64,000 bases of DNA from Candidatus Magasanikiibacteriota bacterium (GCA_016207245.1 JACQQA010000012.1:5722-69721), one strand, 5' to 3'. Shown: positions 20,727-31,450, counted from the stretch's first letter. Numbers and translations: made by a program. Notes: generated from the letters alone by a model not told the origin.

Positions 20727-21167
20727 TTGTCATTCCCGCGAAAGCGGGAACCCAGAAATCGCGTTGTCATTCCCGCGAAAGCGGGAACCCAGAAATCGTA
20801 AAAATCGCTCTCGTCAAATCATCTCCTCCCACAAATCATGCCAATTCAAGTTAAAATTTTCTATTAATTTTATTTTCCAAGCACGGTTCCATTTTTTTAA
20901 TTGTTTTTCTCTTTTGATCGCTTCTTTTATATCATCAAAAACTTCATAATAAACCAGATTGTGAACTTTGTATTTTTGAGTAAAACCGCGTACTATATTG
21001 TTTTTGTGTTCATACACTCTGCGTTGTAAGTCGTTGGTGACGCCGATGTATAATGTGCCGTTTCTTTGGCTGGCCATGATATATACGCAGTAATGCCGCT
21101 CCTTGAACATACGATTGTGCGATTTTTTTCGATTTTTGGATCCCCTTTTTCAAGGGGATGACAAGCC
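20727..21167. mobile_element. REP-flanked GIY-YIG nuclease cassette
   Basis: Two tandem 35-bp GTCATTCCCGCGAAAGCGGGAACCCAG units on the left and an inverted TGGATCCCC..GGGGATGACAA unit on the right, enclosing the nuclease ORF. Confidence 0.7.
20814..21110 (-). CDS. GIY-YIG family nuclease
   Basis: YCVYIMAS..GTLYIGVTNDLQRRVYEH...AIKREKQLKKW. Confidence 0.93.
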   Translation of the reverse strand: MFKERHYCVYIMASQRNGTLYIGVTNDLQRRVYEHKNNIVRGFTQKYKVHNLVYYEVFDDIKEAIKREKQLKKWNRAWKIKLIENFNLNWHDLWEEMI

Positions 21168-21192
21168 GCTTACTACAGTATATTTAGTATTA

Positions 21193-22335
21193 TTATTTTA
21201 TCAATCCCCATACATCTCTCCCCGTCACCACGACAATCAAAATCATAAGTAAGACAAAACCAATGGTGTGGGCGAGTTGTTCATATTTCATCGGCAAAGG
21301 CCGGCGGATTATTTTTTCAATTAAAATAAACAAAATGCGGCCGCCGTCCAGAGCCGGAATCGGCAGAATATTGATGGCGGCAAGAGATAGCGAAATCATC
21401 GCCGTCACATTGATTAAATAGCTAATACCCAACCGCGCGCTTTGGCCGACCATTACCGCGATTCCCACCGGACCGGAAACATCAAACATCAAACCCTGAC
21501 CCAAAATTAAATTTTTAATCAACAAATAAAAAGCGATAAAAATATTTATTAACCCGATACCCGCCGCAAAAAAACCTTTATACATGGCGATATACCATGG
21601 GTAGCGCACAATGCCAGCATCAGCGAGCATTACCCCAAAACGCGGACTGCCATCTCCGGGTTTTATCAAGCGCGGCGTCATTTTTAATTCCATCTTTTGC
21701 CCGCTTCTTTCAACCAACAACAACATTTCTTTGGCAAAATTCGCCTGCACATAACCAACCATGCTTTCCGAACTTTTAATTTCCTGCCCGTCTATTTTTA
21801 AAATCCGATCGCCGAATTTAATGCCAGCCTCTTCCGCGGGCGAGGCTTTATCCACTGCCTGCACCATTACCTGCGCCGGTTCAACTATTATCGCGTATTT
21901 CCCCGGATCAACCGACAGGTCAGTCGGCAAACCGATCATAAAACCAACAGACAAAAGCGCGCCGGCCAAAATCACATTCATGGTCACGCCGGCGGCTAAA
22001 ACCACGGCCCGTTTCCAAGCTTTTTGAAAACCAAAACTGTCAGGCTCATTCGCTTGCCCGCCGTCTTCGCCTTTGATACGAACAAACCCGCCCAGTGGCA
22101 ATAAGTTTAAAGAATATATAGTAGCCGGAATTTCTTCCTCATCTTTTTTCTTTCTAAATTTCCAAACCAACTTTTTTGTCGCTTGATCGCGATAGACACC
22201 CAACACTCGCGGCGGAAAACCAAAACCAAACTCAAAAACCCTCATTCCCGACTTGCGGGCAGTGATGAAATGGCCAAACTCATGTGCTAAAACAAGGAGG
22301 CCGAGAATTAATATGAAGATAATGATAGTTACCAT
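21193..22335 (-). CDS. rseP: RIP metalloprotease RseP
   Basis: HEFGH, PDZ domain, NILPIPALDGG. Confidence 0.95.
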   Translation of the reverse strand: MVTIIIFILILGLLVLAHEFGHFITARKSGMRVFEFGFGFPPRVLGVYRDQATKKLVWKFRKKKDEEEIPATIYSLNLLPLGGFVRIKGEDGGQANEPDSFGFQKAWKRAVVLAAGVTMNVILAGALLSVGFMIGLPTDLSVDPGKYAIIVEPAQVMVQAVDKASPAEEAGIKFGDRILKIDGQEIKSSESMVGYVQANFAKEMLLLVERSGQKMELKMTPRLIKPGDGSPRFGVMLADAGIVRYPWYIAMYKGFFAAGIGLINIFIAFYLLIKNLILGQGLMFDVSGPVGIAVMVGQSARLGISYLINVTAMISLSLAAINILPIPALDGGRILFILIEKIIRRPLPMKYEQLAHTIGFVLLMILIVVVTGRDVWGLIK

Positions 22336-22407
22336 AGTATATTGCGTCCAGATAGAATAGTTGGTATAATTATCTCACAATAACACATCTTATTCAATAG
22401 GCCAAAC

Positions 22408-22461
22408 AAAGCTCGCAAAGCCTTTTAAGCTTTTCAAGCCTTTTGAGCCTTTTAAGCCTCT
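22408..22461. repeat. Six-copy 9-bp tandem array upstream of lemA
   Basis: AAAGCTCGC AAAGCCTTT TAAGCTTTT CAAGCCTTT TGAGCCTTT TAAGCCTCT. Confidence 0.8.
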
Positions 22462-22466
22462 AAAAT

Positions 22467-23030
22467 ATGGCACTCGGATACATCATCCTCATCGTCGTAG
22501 CCGTGCTGGTGATTTGGGTAATCACCCTCTACAACGGTCTCATCCGCCTGCGCAACCGTGTCAAGGAAGCGTGGAGCGACATTGACGTGCAATTAAAACG
22601 CCGCCATGATTTAATCCCGAATTTAATCAACAGCGTCAAGGGATACATGCAACACGAACGAGGATTGCTGGAGGATATCACAAAAGCCCGTTCGCAAGCT
22701 ATGTCAGCGCAAACCGCTGGCAATACGGTCGAATTAGCCAAAGCCGAAAGCATGCTCGGCGGCATGTTGGGCAAACTGCAAATTGCGGTGGAAGCTTATC
22801 CGGATTTGAAAGCCAACCAGAATGTCGGCCAGCTGATGGACGAACTTTCCGACACGGAAAACAAAATTCAAGCCGCCCGCAGATTCTACAATGGCATGGT
22901 GCGCGACTTTAACACCAAAATTGAAGTCTTTCCAAACAGCTTCTTTGCCAATATGTTAAAATTCACCAAGTACGAATTCTTTGAGATAGAAGACGCGAAA
23001 GAGAGGGAGAATGTGGAAGTGAAGTTGTAA
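22467..23030 (+). CDS. lemA: LemA family protein
   Basis: AWSDIDVQLKRRHDLIPNL, EAYPDLKAN, ARRFYN. Confidence 0.95.
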   Translation: MALGYIILIVVAVLVIWVITLYNGLIRLRNRVKEAWSDIDVQLKRRHDLIPNLINSVKGYMQHERGLLEDITKARSQAMSAQTAGNTVELAKAESMLGGMLGKLQIAVEAYPDLKANQNVGQLMDELSDTENKIQAARRFYNGMVRDFNTKIEVFPNSFFANMLKFTKYEFFEIEDAKERENVEVKL

Positions 23031-23031
23031 T

Positions 23032-23919
23032 ATGTATAGCCAGATTGACTCTAACAAACGCAAGACTGTTTTGTTAGTCGCCATTTTTCTGGTCTTCATC
23101 ATCGCCCTTGGCTGGTTTATCGGCGTGTATTTGAATTATGGCTATGGTATTTTAGTGTTCGCGGTTGTATTTTCTGTCTTGACATCGTTGACGAGCTATT
23201 ACAAAGGCGACAGTATCGCGCTGTCTTCAACCAAAGCGCAAGCAATAAAAAAAGAAGATAATCCATATGTTTACCGGATGGTGGAAAATCTTTGTATCAC
23301 CGCCGGCGCGCCGACGCCGAAAGTATATATTATTGACTCCCCCGCTTTAAACGCCTTTGCGACAGGCCGAGACCCGCAACACGCTTCCATCGCGCTGACC
23401 ACTGGAATTATCAGCGCTTTGGAAAATGAAGAACTGGAAGGCGTTATCGCGCACGAATTATCGCATATTAAAAATTACGATATTCGTCTAATGACAATCG
23501 TCGTGGTGCTGGTCGGAATGATCGCGTTGATTTCCAATTTTTTCTTCCGCGCCAGATTGTTTGGCGGCAAACGCGATTCTGACAATCGCGGCGGAGGTGG
23601 ACAGCTGGGTGGAATAATTATGATAATCGGTTTAGTCTTATTAATCTTGTCGCCGATAATCGCCGAGTTGATAAAACTCGCCATTTCCCGCAAACGCGAA
23701 TATTTGGCCGACGCTTCTGGCGCGCTATTAACCCGTTATCCGGAAGGTCTTGCGCGCGCGCTGGAAAAAATATCGCAGTCAAAAATTCCGCTCGCGACCG
23801 CTTCCTCGGCCACCGCGCATCTTTTTATTTCCAACCCGCTTAAATCCGGAACTTTTTCTAATTTATTTTCCACCCATCCGCCGATAGAAGAGCGGGTTAA
23901 GAGGTTGAGAGAAACATAA
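23032..23919 (+). CDS. htpX: M48 zinc metalloprotease HtpX
   Basis: NAFATG, AHELSH, REYLAD, STHPP. Confidence 0.93.
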   Translation: MYSQIDSNKRKTVLLVAIFLVFIIALGWFIGVYLNYGYGILVFAVVFSVLTSLTSYYKGDSIALSSTKAQAIKKEDNPYVYRMVENLCITAGAPTPKVYIIDSPALNAFATGRDPQHASIALTTGIISALENEELEGVIAHELSHIKNYDIRLMTIVVVLVGMIALISNFFFRARLFGGKRDSDNRGGGGQLGGIIMIIGLVLLILSPIIAELIKLAISRKREYLADASGALLTRYPEGLARALEKISQSKIPLATASSATAHLFISNPLKSGTFSNLFSTHPPIEERVKRLRET

Positions 23920-23970
23920 AGATTGAATTGTTAAATTGTAAGAATCGACAGCGTTATTTATACTTCTTAA

Positions 23971-24068
23971 AGTCATTGCGAGCCTTCGCAGGCGAAGCAA
24001 TCCACACCGTTATCGCGTTCCCGTGCGATTGCTGGATTGCTTCGTCGCGCGAGCTCCTCGCAATGACT
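23971..24068. repeat. GTCATTGCGAG-type REP doublet
   Basis: AGTCATTGCGAG..GCAATCCA...TGGATTGC..CTCGCAATGACT terminal inverted repeats. Confidence 0.88.
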
Positions 24069-24158
24069 GTTTTGCCACATAAAGCTCGTAAAAGTATAAA
24101 CAACGCGACTAATTCTTACAGCTAAATTGTTAAAAAAAATCCTTCAAAAAGGATTGAT

Positions 24159-24246
24159 TTGTCCCGCCTCTTGAGAGAGGCGGGACTTTTGGTAGGACAG
24201 GGCTTGCCCGCCGCCTGCCTGCCGACGAGGCAGGATGAGGAGGGCT
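24159..24246. repeat. Cluster of nested palindromes
   Basis: GTCCCGCCTC..GAGGCGGGAC; GCCCGCCG[CCTGCCTGCCGACGAGGCAGG]ATGAGGAGGGC. Confidence 0.75.
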
Positions 24247-24955
24247 ATGCTGCCTGTTTGAGAGTGAAGTTGTTGGCTGGTTCGGTTCCGAGCAGAAAAA
24301 AACTCACCAATTCGCCCCTTGCGATTTCATCCCAGGATAATAGATAAATTTTATAACCGAACCACCGGTCATAACTGATCAACGCTCTCTTGCTGTTGGG
24401 AAAAAATTCGGTTGACACCCAGCGGTCATAAGGAAGGGCAGACCGGCCCGTGAGACGGTGGTAGCGCAGCAAAAGCAAATACAGGACCAGAACGCGTCCG
24501 CGAGACACCGAATGACTGTCCGGCAGACCCCATTCTTCTTTCAGGACAGATGGGCCACAATCAGTCCGCTCGCTGAAAATCTCCAAAGGGGACCAGAAAA
24601 CGATCGTGGGTTGACTGGGCCAGATGCCGTCGGTCTGCTGACCGAAGATCTTCCGCAGTACCATCGCGTGGCCGAATTCAGCGACGAGCTCCGCGAACGT
24701 CACATTGCCTCGAAAGTACCACGCTATCGGTCCGTGGTAGTTTTTCACCAAGGCAGCTTCACGCCTGATGGTGACGATCGGCTGGAGGTGTTCCGGCACC
24801 TGACTGTCCTCCAGCGGCGTGATGATGTCATCGCCGCCCCTCTTCGCCGGCACGCAGATCCAATCAATGATGTCAAGCGCCAGCGCCGCAATCGTTCCCA
24901 GGACGAATATAGCTAACAGCCACACAGCGCGAACCAGATCCCGCAACTTATTCAT
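24245..24955 (-). CDS. Hypothetical GC-rich protein with N-terminal TM
   Basis: AGGAGG RBS; own TTGACA-N17-TACCAT promoter (25013-25041); no recognisable motif. Confidence 0.6.
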   Translation of the reverse strand: MNKLRDLVRAVWLLAIFVLGTIAALALDIIDWICVPAKRGGDDIITPLEDSQVPEHLQPIVTIRREAALVKNYHGPIAWYFRGNVTFAELVAEFGHAMVLRKIFGQQTDGIWPSQPTIVFWSPLEIFSERTDCGPSVLKEEWGLPDSHSVSRGRVLVLYLLLLRYHRLTGRSALPYDRWVSTEFFPNSKRALISYDRWFGYKIYLLSWDEIARGELVSFFLLGTEPANNFTLKQAA

Positions 24956-25042
24956 CTCTCTCCTCCTTATTAAAAAAGAACAACCCGGCCGAACTTCGGC
25001 ACGATGATTGATATGGTATAATGAACGCTAAACGGTGTCAAT

Positions 25043-25603
25043 ATGATAATTATAAAACAAAAATTACACCACCGAAAAAATAATCGCCTGCGTGGCTACG
25101 ATTATTCATCGAACGGTTTGTATTTCATAACAATTTGCGTCAAACACCGATTAAAACACCTCGGCGGTGTTTGGAACGCAAAAATGTGCGTCAATCGATT
25201 CGGTTCAATCGTTTTGCAACAATGGAATTGGTTGGCCGAACAATATCCGTATATTATATTGCACGAATTCGTCGTCATGCCAAATCACGTACACGGTATT
25301 GTGCAAATTGATTCATCATTGTTATCGTGTAGGGACAGGTCGCGACCTGTCCCTACACCGAATGCCGACACCACAATCAACCATATAACAAATAAAAAAA
25401 CGAAAATAAAACCATTGTCCGAAATCGTCGGCGCGTTCAAAACCACATCATCAAAATCAATCCATCGGAATGGTTTCCCACAATTCCAATGGCAACGATC
25501 ATTTTACGACCATATTATCCTTGACGAAAAATCATATTTTGCCATCACCAATTATATAAAACAAAATCCCGTCATTTGGTGGCGGGATAGAAATAATTTG
25601 TGA
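25043..25603 (+). CDS. REP-associated tyrosine transposase (RAYT, Y1 HUH family)
   Basis: RLRGYDYS, YFITIC, MPNHVHGI (HUH), WQRSFYDHII, YIKQNP. Confidence 0.92.
   Translation: MIIIKQKLHHRKNNRLRGYDYSSNGLYFITICVKHRLKHLGGVWNAKMCVNRFGSIVLQQWNWLAEQYPYIILHEFVVMPNHVHGIVQIDSSLLSCRDRSRPVPTPNADTTINHITNKKTKIKPLSEIVGAFKTTSSKSIHRNGFPQFQWQRSFYDHIILDEKSYFAITNYIKQNPVIWWRDRNNL
25328..25357. repeat. Perfect 30-bp GTAG REP palindrome inside RAYT
   Basis: TGTAGGGACAGGTCGCGACCTGTCCCTACA. Confidence 0.92.
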
Positions 25604-25609
25604 TTTCAT

Positions 25610-27043
25610 TTATTCCAACGATTCCAAATTCACGCACAATTGATCTTTCCAAATCATTTCCGGATAATATTTTAACATTTTTCTAACGTACGCCTTCCTT
25701 TCATCATACGTTGTCTGATTTTTAGCTTCAAATTTTACGGTGATATACGGACCATTCTGCGAATATCGAAACACCATCATGCCATCAGCAAAATCAATCC
25801 TGGTGCCGTCATCACCGGGAATAACTGATTCATCCGTCACTTCGCCGTTAGGAAAATCTTTCCTAAACCTTATCGCCAAATCTCGAATCACGGCGACTTT
25901 TTTATCGTCAGGACAGCCGATTTTAATTTCCGGAGAAGAAATAAATTTCGGGAAGGTTTCATAAAGTTCACCCAAATTTTTACCAGTCTCAGATAAATAT
26001 TCCAAAACCCGCAGTTCGGCATAACAGCCATCGTCATGCCCGTAAGCATTGTCGGCAAAAAAGAAATGCCCGGATAATTCGCCGCCAAACGCCGCTCGCT
26101 CTTCCGCGATTTTTGCCTTGATAAATGAATGTCCGGTTTTCCAAATTACCGGCACACCGCCGTTCTGTTTAACAACCTCCCTGACTATCTGCGAACATAA
26201 AGTATTATAGATAATTTTAGATTTTGGAAAACGAGTCAAAATTTCTTTGGCAAAAATCGCAATCAAAACATCATTCCACAGGATCCTCCCCTTCTCATCC
26301 ACCGTGCCGATACGATCGCCATCGCCATCAAATGCCACACCCATGTCTGCCTGTTCCGCCAAAACCGCCCTGCTCACCCTATCCATAACTTCTTTAGCGG
26401 TCGGGTCCGGAGTGCCCATCGGAAAATGGCCGTCCACTTTCATGTTTTTTCCGATTACTTTACAACCGGCGCGAGTAAATAATTCTTCCACGTACTTGCC
26501 GGTTGTGCCGCAACCGGAATCAATCACGATCTTAAATTTTTTATTTAATTGCACTCGTTTTAAAACATCCTCAAAATAATCTTCGGTCACGTCCTTTTTG
26601 GTTACCGCGCCTTTTTCTAAAGATTTATAATAGTTTTCTTCTTCAATAATCTTTCTAATCTCTTGAACTTCGTCAGGGCCGGTAGTTTGCGAATAACCTA
26701 CCCCCAACTTAAAACCATTAAAATTCCAAGGATTATGGGAAGCTGTAATCATTACCCCGCCATTTGTCTGATAACGATACTGCGAATAATACATCATCTG
26801 TGTCATTACCATACCCAAATCAAAAATGTTAACCCCGGTTTCCGTCATGCCTTTAATCATGGCCTTTTTATAATCCTCCCCCGTTAAACGACAATCACTA
26901 CCCACGACCGCATGGCGAATCTTGCGCCGACGCAAAAACGTAGCGTAAGCCCGGCCGATTGCTTCTACTTTTTCCGGATCCAAGTCTACGTCAACTATCC
27001 CACGGATATCATAGTTTCTAAAGACGAATGGGTTGATTTTCAT
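25610..27043 (-). CDS. Phosphomannomutase/phosphoglucomutase
   Basis: FRNYDIRG, ITASHNP, FDGDGDR, GELSGH. Confidence 0.95.
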   Translation of the reverse strand: MKINPFVFRNYDIRGIVDVDLDPEKVEAIGRAYATFLRRRKIRHAVVGSDCRLTGEDYKKAMIKGMTETGVNIFDLGMVMTQMMYYSQYRYQTNGGVMITASHNPWNFNGFKLGVGYSQTTGPDEVQEIRKIIEEENYYKSLEKGAVTKKDVTEDYFEDVLKRVQLNKKFKIVIDSGCGTTGKYVEELFTRAGCKVIGKNMKVDGHFPMGTPDPTAKEVMDRVSRAVLAEQADMGVAFDGDGDRIGTVDEKGRILWNDVLIAIFAKEILTRFPKSKIIYNTLCSQIVREVVKQNGGVPVIWKTGHSFIKAKIAEERAAFGGELSGHFFFADNAYGHDDGCYAELRVLEYLSETGKNLGELYETFPKFISSPEIKIGCPDDKKVAVIRDLAIRFRKDFPNGEVTDESVIPGDDGTRIDFADGMMVFRYSQNGPYITVKFEAKNQTTYDERKAYVRKMLKYYPEMIWKDQLCVNLESLE

Positions 27044-27141
27044 ATATTGCTTGATTATGTTGCGTAAAAGATAAAAACAGTATATAATATAGACGAAAAA
27101 TACACAAACTGCAATACCGTTTGCGGTGTATGGCTATACCT

Positions 27142-29673
27142 ATGTCTACCAACCCAACCCAGCTTCTGGATCGTTTTTCCACGCATTTGCGCAATGTAAT
27201 CGCCAAAGCCATGACGCTGGCAAATTCTCTTGAACATGACGAGGTGTCGCCTCTGCATCTTTTGTTATCTTTAAGCGAGGAAAAAGGCTCGGTCGGCGCG
27301 GAAGTACTAATACGGTTTAACTTTAATCAAAAATACGCCTTAAACCTGCTTTCGGAAAAACCTCAGTTGCGCCGAAATAAGGGCGACATCGCCATCGCTA
27401 ATCTGCCGGAACTTGACGCTAAAGCCAAACAAGCGGTTGAACGCGCGATTTTAATCGCTTACGAGCGCAACCACCATCATATCGGCACTGAACATTTGCT
27501 GTTTGCTTTGGTCGTCGGACATAGCCAAGAAATTGAAACCGCGCTGAAACAAAATAAAATATCTCTTGAGGATGTTAATAATCAGCTTGATGATATTTTC
27601 CAAAGCACCAGCCGCTTTCCGGAAATTGAAGACGTGTCTAGTGTGATGGAACATTTGGAAGAAATGGTGGGAAAAGAAAATATCGGCGCGCTCCCCCGCC
27701 CGCAACCGCTTGCCGCCAACAGTAAAAATAAAAAACCGCAAATCACGGCTTTGGATATTTTTACCAATAATTTAACTGACAAAGACGCGCAAAAAAATAT
27801 TGATCCGGTCATTGGCCGGGAAAATGAAATTGAGCGGGTAATCCACATTCTCTCACGCCGAACAAAAAACAATCCGGTCTTGGTCGGCGAACCGGGCGTA
27901 GGCAAAACCGCGATTGTTGAGGGATTGGCAAAAAGAATCAGCGAGGGTAATGTGCCTGACATTTTAAAAAATAAAAAAATCTTCGCGCTTGACGTTACTC
28001 TGCTTTTGGCCGGAACGATATATCGCGGTGAATTTGAAGCGCGCCTGAAACAAATCGTGGACGAAATCGCCAAATCGCCGGATTATATTCTATTTATTGA
28101 CGAACTGCACAATATTATCGGCGCCGGCTCCAGCCAAGGCGCGATGGACGCGGCGAATATTTTGAAACCGGCCTTAGCGCGCGGCAACCTGCGCTGTATC
28201 GGCGCCACCACGATTGATGAACACAAAAAATATATCGCTTCCGACCCGGCGCTGGAACGGCGTTTTCAATCGGTCATCATTGATGAGCCGACTGAAGCCG
28301 AAGCTAAAATGATAACGCGCGGAATTAAAAAATATTACGAAGATTATCATAACGTGAAAATCAGCGATGACGCCACGGACGCGGCCGTGGAATTAAGCGT
28401 CCGCTATATCCACGATAATTTTCTGCCGGACAAAGCGATAGATCTGCTTGACGAAGCCTGCGCCGCGGCGCGAACCAAACAAAAACACACGCCGATTGAG
28501 GCGCAAAGACAAAGATTTTTGGCGTTAAAAGAGCGGTGCATAAATTTAAAAATAACCGCGATCAAAAAAGAACAACTGGACGCGGCGTTGGAATTAAAAA
28601 ACGAATTGAAAGAAATAGAAGACCAGATCAGTCTTTTAAATCAAAAAACGGCTAACGCGAAAAAAACCGTCGGCAGTAAAATCACGCGCCAAGACATCGC
28701 CCGCGTGCTGGAGCGGCGGCTGAATATTGGTCTGGAAACAATATTGGCGGATGAATGGAAAAAACTGGCAGACCTGTCAGACAGATTGGAAAAACAAATC
28801 ATTGGCCAAGATGAAGTAATAGGATCAATCATCAAACACCTGCGCCAATCTTATTTGGGTTTGCGCGATCGCAAAAAACCTTTAGCATCTTTTCTTTTTG
28901 CCGGACCGAGCGGGGTTGGCAAAACCGAATTGGCAAAATTGCTGGCGCGCGAACTTTATAATGATGAAAAATCGCTGGTCAAACTTGATATGAGCGAATT
29001 TTCCGAACCGCACAGCACCGCGAAGCTCCTCGGCTCCCCGGCCGGATACATCGGCCACAAAGACCGCAATCGATTTTTGGATGATATCAAACAAAAGCCG
29101 TATTGCGTGGTATTGTTTGATGAAATTGATAAAGCCCACCGCGACGTGGTTAAGTTGCTTTTGCAGATTCTTGACGAAGGGCAGTTGACTGACAGCAATG
29201 GCAAAAAAACCTATTTTAATCACGCGATAATTATCTTAACCACCAATCTCGGCTCGGAATTCTTCAAATCCGCCGGCATCGGCTTTGGCCGGGACGCGAA
29301 AGACACAAAAAATCGCGATCAGACTGTCATTGGCAAATTAAAAGACGAATTTTCGCCGGCGTTGATCAACCGCTTGGATTCGGTGGAAATTTTCTCGCCC
29401 CTCACCCAAGCCGCGGTCGCCAAAATCGTGGAAGCAAACTTGAAGCAGGTCAATGAACAGCTGGGTAAAAATCAACAGCTTAATATCAAGTCCGACCAAA
29501 CCGCGATCGCCTCTTTGGCTTCTGAATCTTTCAGCGAAGAATTCGGCGCGCGGCAGGTGGACAAATTCATCAGAGACGTAATGCAGGAGCTGGTGGTTAA
29601 GATTATGGAAAAAGAAAAAAAGAAAAAAAATTACACTCTCAAGAGAGAAAAGACGGGGTATAGTTTGAGATAG
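27142..29673 (+). CDS. clpC: ATP-dependent Clp protease ATP-binding subunit (ClpC-like)
   Basis: Clp N repeats; GEPGVGKT and GPSGVGKT Walker A motifs; [12 protein letters not shown]. Confidence 0.9.
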   Translation: MSTNPTQLLDRFSTHLRNVIAKAMTLANSLEHDEVSPLHLLLSLSEEKGSVGAEVLIRFNFNQKYALNLLSEKPQLRRNKGDIAIANLPELDAKAKQAVERAILIAYERNHHHIGTEHLLFALVVGHSQEIETALKQNKISLEDVNNQLDDIFQSTSRFPEIEDVSSVMEHLEEMVGKENIGALPRPQPLAANSKNKKPQITALDIFTNNLTDKDAQKNIDPVIGRENEIERVIHILSRRTKNNPVLVGEPGVGKTAIVEGLAKRISEGNVPDILKNKKIFALDVTLLLAGTIYRGEFEARLKQIVDEIAKSPDYILFIDELHNIIGAGSSQGAMDAANILKPALARGNLRCIGATTIDEHKKYIASDPALERRFQSVIIDEPTEAEAKMITRGIKKYYEDYHNVKISDDATDAAVELSVRYIHDNFLPDKAIDLLDEACAAARTKQKHTPIEAQRQRFLALKERCINLKITAIKKEQLDAALELKNELKEIEDQISLLNQKTANAKKTVGSKITRQDIARVLERRLNIGLETILADEWKKLADLSDRLEKQIIGQDEVIGSIIKHLRQSYLGLRDRKKPLASFLFAGPSGVGKTELAKLLARELYNDEKSLVKLDMSEFSEPHSTAKLLGSPAGYIGHKDRNRFLDDIKQKPYCVVLFDEIDKAHRDVVKLLLQILDEGQLTDSNGKKTYFNHAIIILTTNLGSEFFKSAGIGFGRDAKDTKNRDQTVIGKLKDEFSPALINRLDSVEIFSPLTQAAVAKIVEANLKQVNEQLGKNQQLNIKSDQTAIASLASESFSEEFGARQVDKFIRDVMQELVVKIMEKEKKKKNYTLKREKTGYSLR

Positions 29674-29677
29674 AGGC

Positions 29678-29747
29678 TTGTCATCCCCTTGAAAAAGGGG
29701 ATCCAAAAATCACACACGATGGATTCCCGTTTCCACGGGAATGACAA
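29678..29747. repeat. GTCAT-type REP doublet (empty element)
   Basis: 29675-29711 is the exact reverse complement of 21131-21167; the second half matches the pheT insert. Confidence 0.92.
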
Positions 29748-29768
29748 TTCATAAAGCATTAGTATTTT

Positions 29769-30110
29769 ATGCCCGATTTTGAGCAAAAATGGCAGTTGGC
29801 GATGCAGAAGGCAAGACAACAGCAGGTGAAACAAAAAACCGGCGCGCCTTTGGCAACGCAGGAGAAGCAAAATAAAGAAGAAATGGATTATTTTAAACAA
29901 AAAATTTTAAAATCATTCCAACGCGGCGATAAAGAAGAAACTAAAAAAACCGCGGCCGCTCTGATTAAATTGCGCGCAAAATCAGCGGCGATTAAAATCC
30001 AAAAAACCCGCGCCGAGTCCGGATTTTTAAGCGAAGCGACAATTAAAAAAATAGTCGCTAAATATACTCTGGATTGCTTAAGATTAGTCCAATCATTAGG
30101 TTATAAATAA
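29769..30110 (+). CDS. Hypothetical helical protein
   Basis: Tightly packed operon ORF. Confidence 0.65.
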   Translation: MPDFEQKWQLAMQKARQQQVKQKTGAPLATQEKQNKEEMDYFKQKILKSFQRGDKEETKKTAAALIKLRAKSAAIKIQKTRAESGFLSEATIKKIVAKYTLDCLRLVQSLGYK

Positions 30111-30111
30111 T

Positions 30112-31443
30112 ATGCCGGAGGAAGGAGAAAAAAACGCACCTGACGTAAAAGCACCGCCGGCATCGGAATGGATGACGCAAATTGAAAATGCTTTGGAAAA
30201 AACCTTGCCGGACTTGCCGCCTGACGCGCTTCGGCAAATTAATGATATTATAAAAAAAACTGTTCAGGGAGAATTAGAAAAATTGCGGGACAGTCTTGCG
30301 GAAAATCCGCCCGAACAAAATTTAGAAGACGCGCTTGATGAATTTGAAGAAGAGGAAGAGCCCGTTAATCAAGCCCTTGATTTTGGCGATGAACTGGAAC
30401 AAGATTACGCCGAATTAGGAATAGAAAACACAGCGGAACCGGAGAATAGTCAAAAATCGCCGCCTCAACCGACCAAAAAACACATTGGGAGGAGAACACC
30501 GGAGCAAACTCCGACTGAACCAGTCGAGTCAGCCGGACAACCGTCGTTGGCAAAAGAAGAATCTACCGAACCATCGCCTGCCTATGTTCCCTCGCCGTCA
30601 ACAGAACCGCAAGAACCGACGGAAACACCACTGCAGACTGATTCAGCCGCTCAACCGAAAGAACCAAGCGGGCCGCAAGAAAAAAAATCAGAAGAAGCGC
30701 GACCAGAAGAGCAGGAAGAAAAACCGGCCGAAAAACTAACAAAAACGCCCGCTAAACAAGAGCAGTCGCAAGAAGAGGTGGAGCCAAAAGATGGGGAGGG
30801 GAAAAAACCGCCGGAGCAATCGCCTGAACAGCCGACTGACAAACAACAAAATAAACAGCCGGACGAACAACAGCCGGAAACAACGCCGGCCGAACAGGAA
30901 ACCGCGCCTCAACAGCAAGAACAGGATCAACAACCGCCTCCGCAGCAGCAAGAGCAGATTAAAGATCTGACAGAAAAACTGCAATTGGCGCAAAAAGACA
31001 CGGGAAAAAAAGTTGATAAAGCGATTAAACCGTTTCAAAAAGAAATCGCGGTTTTAAAAAACGAAATTAAATTGCTGGAAGCGAAAAAAGCCGCCGTGTA
31101 TGTTAAAATGACAATTGCCGCCGCGCGTTATTTCGCGATGCTTGTCATTGCCGCTATCGTATTTATCATCGGGGTTATTTTGAGTCTGTTCGGCATCGGC
31201 GAAGTGCTTATGGGCTGGGCCGCCAAACAAGCAATCAGCGAATCTGCGACTTTCAGCAAAAATATGTTAGAATATAATAACGAACTGCAAAAACTAAACG
31301 CGCAGATAAGAGAAAAGACAGCGAGAATTAAAATTTTGGAAAAGCAAATGATGAACATTCAGCGCGCGGCCAATATAAAATTCGCCGCTTTGCAGGGAAA
31401 AATCGCCGCACGAATTCAACAACTCCACCAGCCTAATCAATAA
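30112..31443 (+). CDS. Hypothetical membrane protein with E/P/Q-rich disordered region and coiled coils
   Basis: Low-complexity middle; TM near the C-terminus. Confidence 0.7.
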   Translation: MPEEGEKNAPDVKAPPASEWMTQIENALEKTLPDLPPDALRQINDIIKKTVQGELEKLRDSLAENPPEQNLEDALDEFEEEEEPVNQALDFGDELEQDYAELGIENTAEPENSQKSPPQPTKKHIGRRTPEQTPTEPVESAGQPSLAKEESTEPSPAYVPSPSTEPQEPTETPLQTDSAAQPKEPSGPQEKKSEEARPEEQEEKPAEKLTKTPAKQEQSQEEVEPKDGEGKKPPEQSPEQPTDKQQNKQPDEQQPETTPAEQETAPQQQEQDQQPPPQQQEQIKDLTEKLQLAQKDTGKKVDKAIKPFQKEIAVLKNEIKLLEAKKAAVYVKMTIAAARYFAMLVIAAIVFIIGVILSLFGIGEVLMGWAAKQAISESATFSKNMLEYNNELQKLNAQIREKTARIKILEKQMMNIQRAANIKFAALQGKIAARIQQLHQPNQ

Positions 31444-31450
31444 AAATAAT

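Noticed and set aside
20727-20798. Two 35-bp direct repeats as a CRISPR array
   Set aside because: Only 2 bp between copies, no spacers or cas genes; these are tandem REP units.
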